DNA of 64,000 nucleotides from Cenococcum geophilum (Eukaryota), in the NCBI GenBank assembly GCA_050273025.1, contig CP158635.1:11656001-11720000 (forward strand), in the 5' to 3' direction. Positions 63,726 through 64,000 of this stretch are shown here, one piece after another. Numbering within the stretch: position 1 is the stretch's first letter; the number at the start of each line of letters is the position of its first letter. A program made the translations under genes and the position numbers. The notes beneath the pieces are model-generated. The model searched no databases and had not been told where the DNA came from. It was given only the letters and a program-made list of their open reading frames with translations.

Positions 63726-64000
63726 AGAGCAAACCTGGCGTCGACGTACAAGAACCAAGGGCGGTGGAAGGAGGCCGAAGAGCTGTTTGTGCAAGTGAAG
63801 GACACAAGTTTAAGGGTGCTTGGGGCCGAGCATCCAGACACGCTAACCAGCATAAACAACCTCGCATTTACATTTAAGGCCCAAGGCCTCAACAAAGAAG
63901 TTACCTCACTGATAAAAAATGCTTCCACCTGCTGAAATAGGTTCTTGGTGCTTAGCATCCATATATAAACATTATTGCTTGAAATTCTAAATAAGTGGTA
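63726..64000 (+). pseudogene. Kinesin-light-chain-type TPR repeat relic (NLR C-terminus-like)
   Basis: ANLASTYKNQGRWKEAEELFVQV...VLGAEHPDTLTSINNLAFT, followed by a frameshift and stops; no upstream NB domain or start. Confidence 0.8.

Noticed and set aside
57813..63958. Several short antisense or alternate-frame ORFs, including 63563-63958
   Set aside because: Shadows of the HET genes and the TPR relic on the plus strand.
1..64000. Starship captain (tyrosine recombinase), rRNA or tRNA genes
   Set aside because: None recognised in this window.

Overview
Filamentous-ascomycete (Pezizomycotina-type) DNA. Bases 1-~57,000 are an AT-rich block of deeply nested transposons degraded by repeat-induced point mutation (RIP). 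It holds GalEa-type Copia and Gypsy/chromovirus LTR elements, LINEs, Tc1/mariner, pogo/Fot1, hAT, MULE, MITEs and solo LTRs, many with readable target-site duplications (TSDs). It also holds one RIP-damaged immune-type gene (PNP_UDP + ubiquitin-like + HeLo-like fusion). Bases ~57,000-64,000 are ordinary GC content, with two HET-domain genes and a TPR relic. Main observations: (1) a ~1 kb non-coding retroposon whose 5' boundary is exactly G1 of a complete HDV-like self-cleaving ribozyme and whose 3' end matches the resident LINE; (2) a 30 kb block bounded by two direct-repeat Tc1 copies sitting in one TA site of a Copia element, like a composite transposon; (3) a hAT MITE in a HET gene carrying GT...AG sites that would restore the frame; (4) a 2.5 kb LTR element with no gag/pol that carries an unrelated coding relic. 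All calls come from reading the sequence by eye; no searches or folding programs were run.
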